This document shows, piece after piece, positions 15,122-15,261 of a stretch of DNA of 15,261 bases. The stretch is from Vulcanimicrobiaceae bacterium (GTDB lineage Bacteria; Vulcanimicrobiota; Vulcanimicrobiia; Vulcanimicrobiales; Vulcanimicrobiaceae). How positions within the stretch are numbered: position 1 is the first letter of the stretch; every line of letters starts with the position of its first letter. The translations under genes were made by a program, and so were the position numbers. The stretch covers positions 12,966 to 28,226 of the forward strand of contig JBHEMM010000033.1 of assembly GCA_046262595.1 (NCBI GenBank), read 5' to 3'. The notes beneath the pieces are model-generated. The model was not told where the DNA came from. It saw only the letters and a list, made by a program, of their open reading frames with translations, and did no database searches.

Positions 15122-15261
15122 GTTTTGCGAGAAAGAAGATCGCGGCGCCGACTCCATTCGTCAGCACGATCAGCGCAATCACCTTCACCGTGAACGCAGA
15201 TGTGCTTTTCACTTCGATGATCGGGAAGATCGACAGGCAAACGTAGAGCACCGTCATGAGA
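14979..15261 (-). CDS. 3' end of a membrane transporter, probably an APC-family permease (5' part outside the window); reads through into dapF sequence out of frame
   Basis: LMTVLYVCLSIFPIIEVKSTSAFTVKVIALIVLTNGVGAAIFFLAKRRR gives two terminal TM helices plus a basic stop-transfer. After about 15110 the frame is a non-protein-like alternate reading of dapF. Confidence 0.6.
   Translation of the reverse strand, partial: LMTVLYVCLSIFPIIEVKSTSAFTVKVIALIVLTNGVGAAIFFLAKRRRAHAHHQQRRQRSRNVRQRHPLSRALLFRSRRGRKPPHRNDRRGD

Noticed and set aside
1..15261. CRISPR array, intact IS/transposase, smpB next to ssrA
   Set aside because: No regularly spaced repeats, transposase motifs or SmpB-like ORF were seen in the window.

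Overview
GC-rich bacterial chromosomal window; gene style is compatible with a Terrabacteria soil lineage such as Ca. Eremiobacterota, which is inference only. 1-3430: HxlR regulator (cut by the window edge) divergent from a SnoaL-like and VOC-like gene pair, then a stand-alone PP2C/SpoIIE phosphatase, a Crp/Fnr regulator and a HicB-like ORF. About 3600-6140: a more AT-rich, decayed stretch holding a DUF6984-like ORF, two frameshifted gene fragments, a hypothetical ORF and a truncated tyrosine recombinase with a candidate core recombination site. It lies just downstream of a tmRNA gene (6217-6569, minus) and looks like a relic ssrA-targeted island. The tmRNA is one-piece but has a non-canonical T-arm: a 6-bp stem with a GGCAGCA loop resembling the alphaproteobacterial signature. 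6740-15261: housekeeping region with a secreted protein, a YvlD-type holin, uvrC, DedA, a stand-alone Clp N-domain protein, tRNA-Pro(CGG), two TrkA/RCK genes, and a minus-strand run of APC permease 3' end, N-terminally truncated dapF, GNAT, radical SAM and CPA1 antiporter. No complete novel multi-gene system can be shown from sequence alone. The best leads are the atypical tmRNA, the island relic and the permease/dapF junction.
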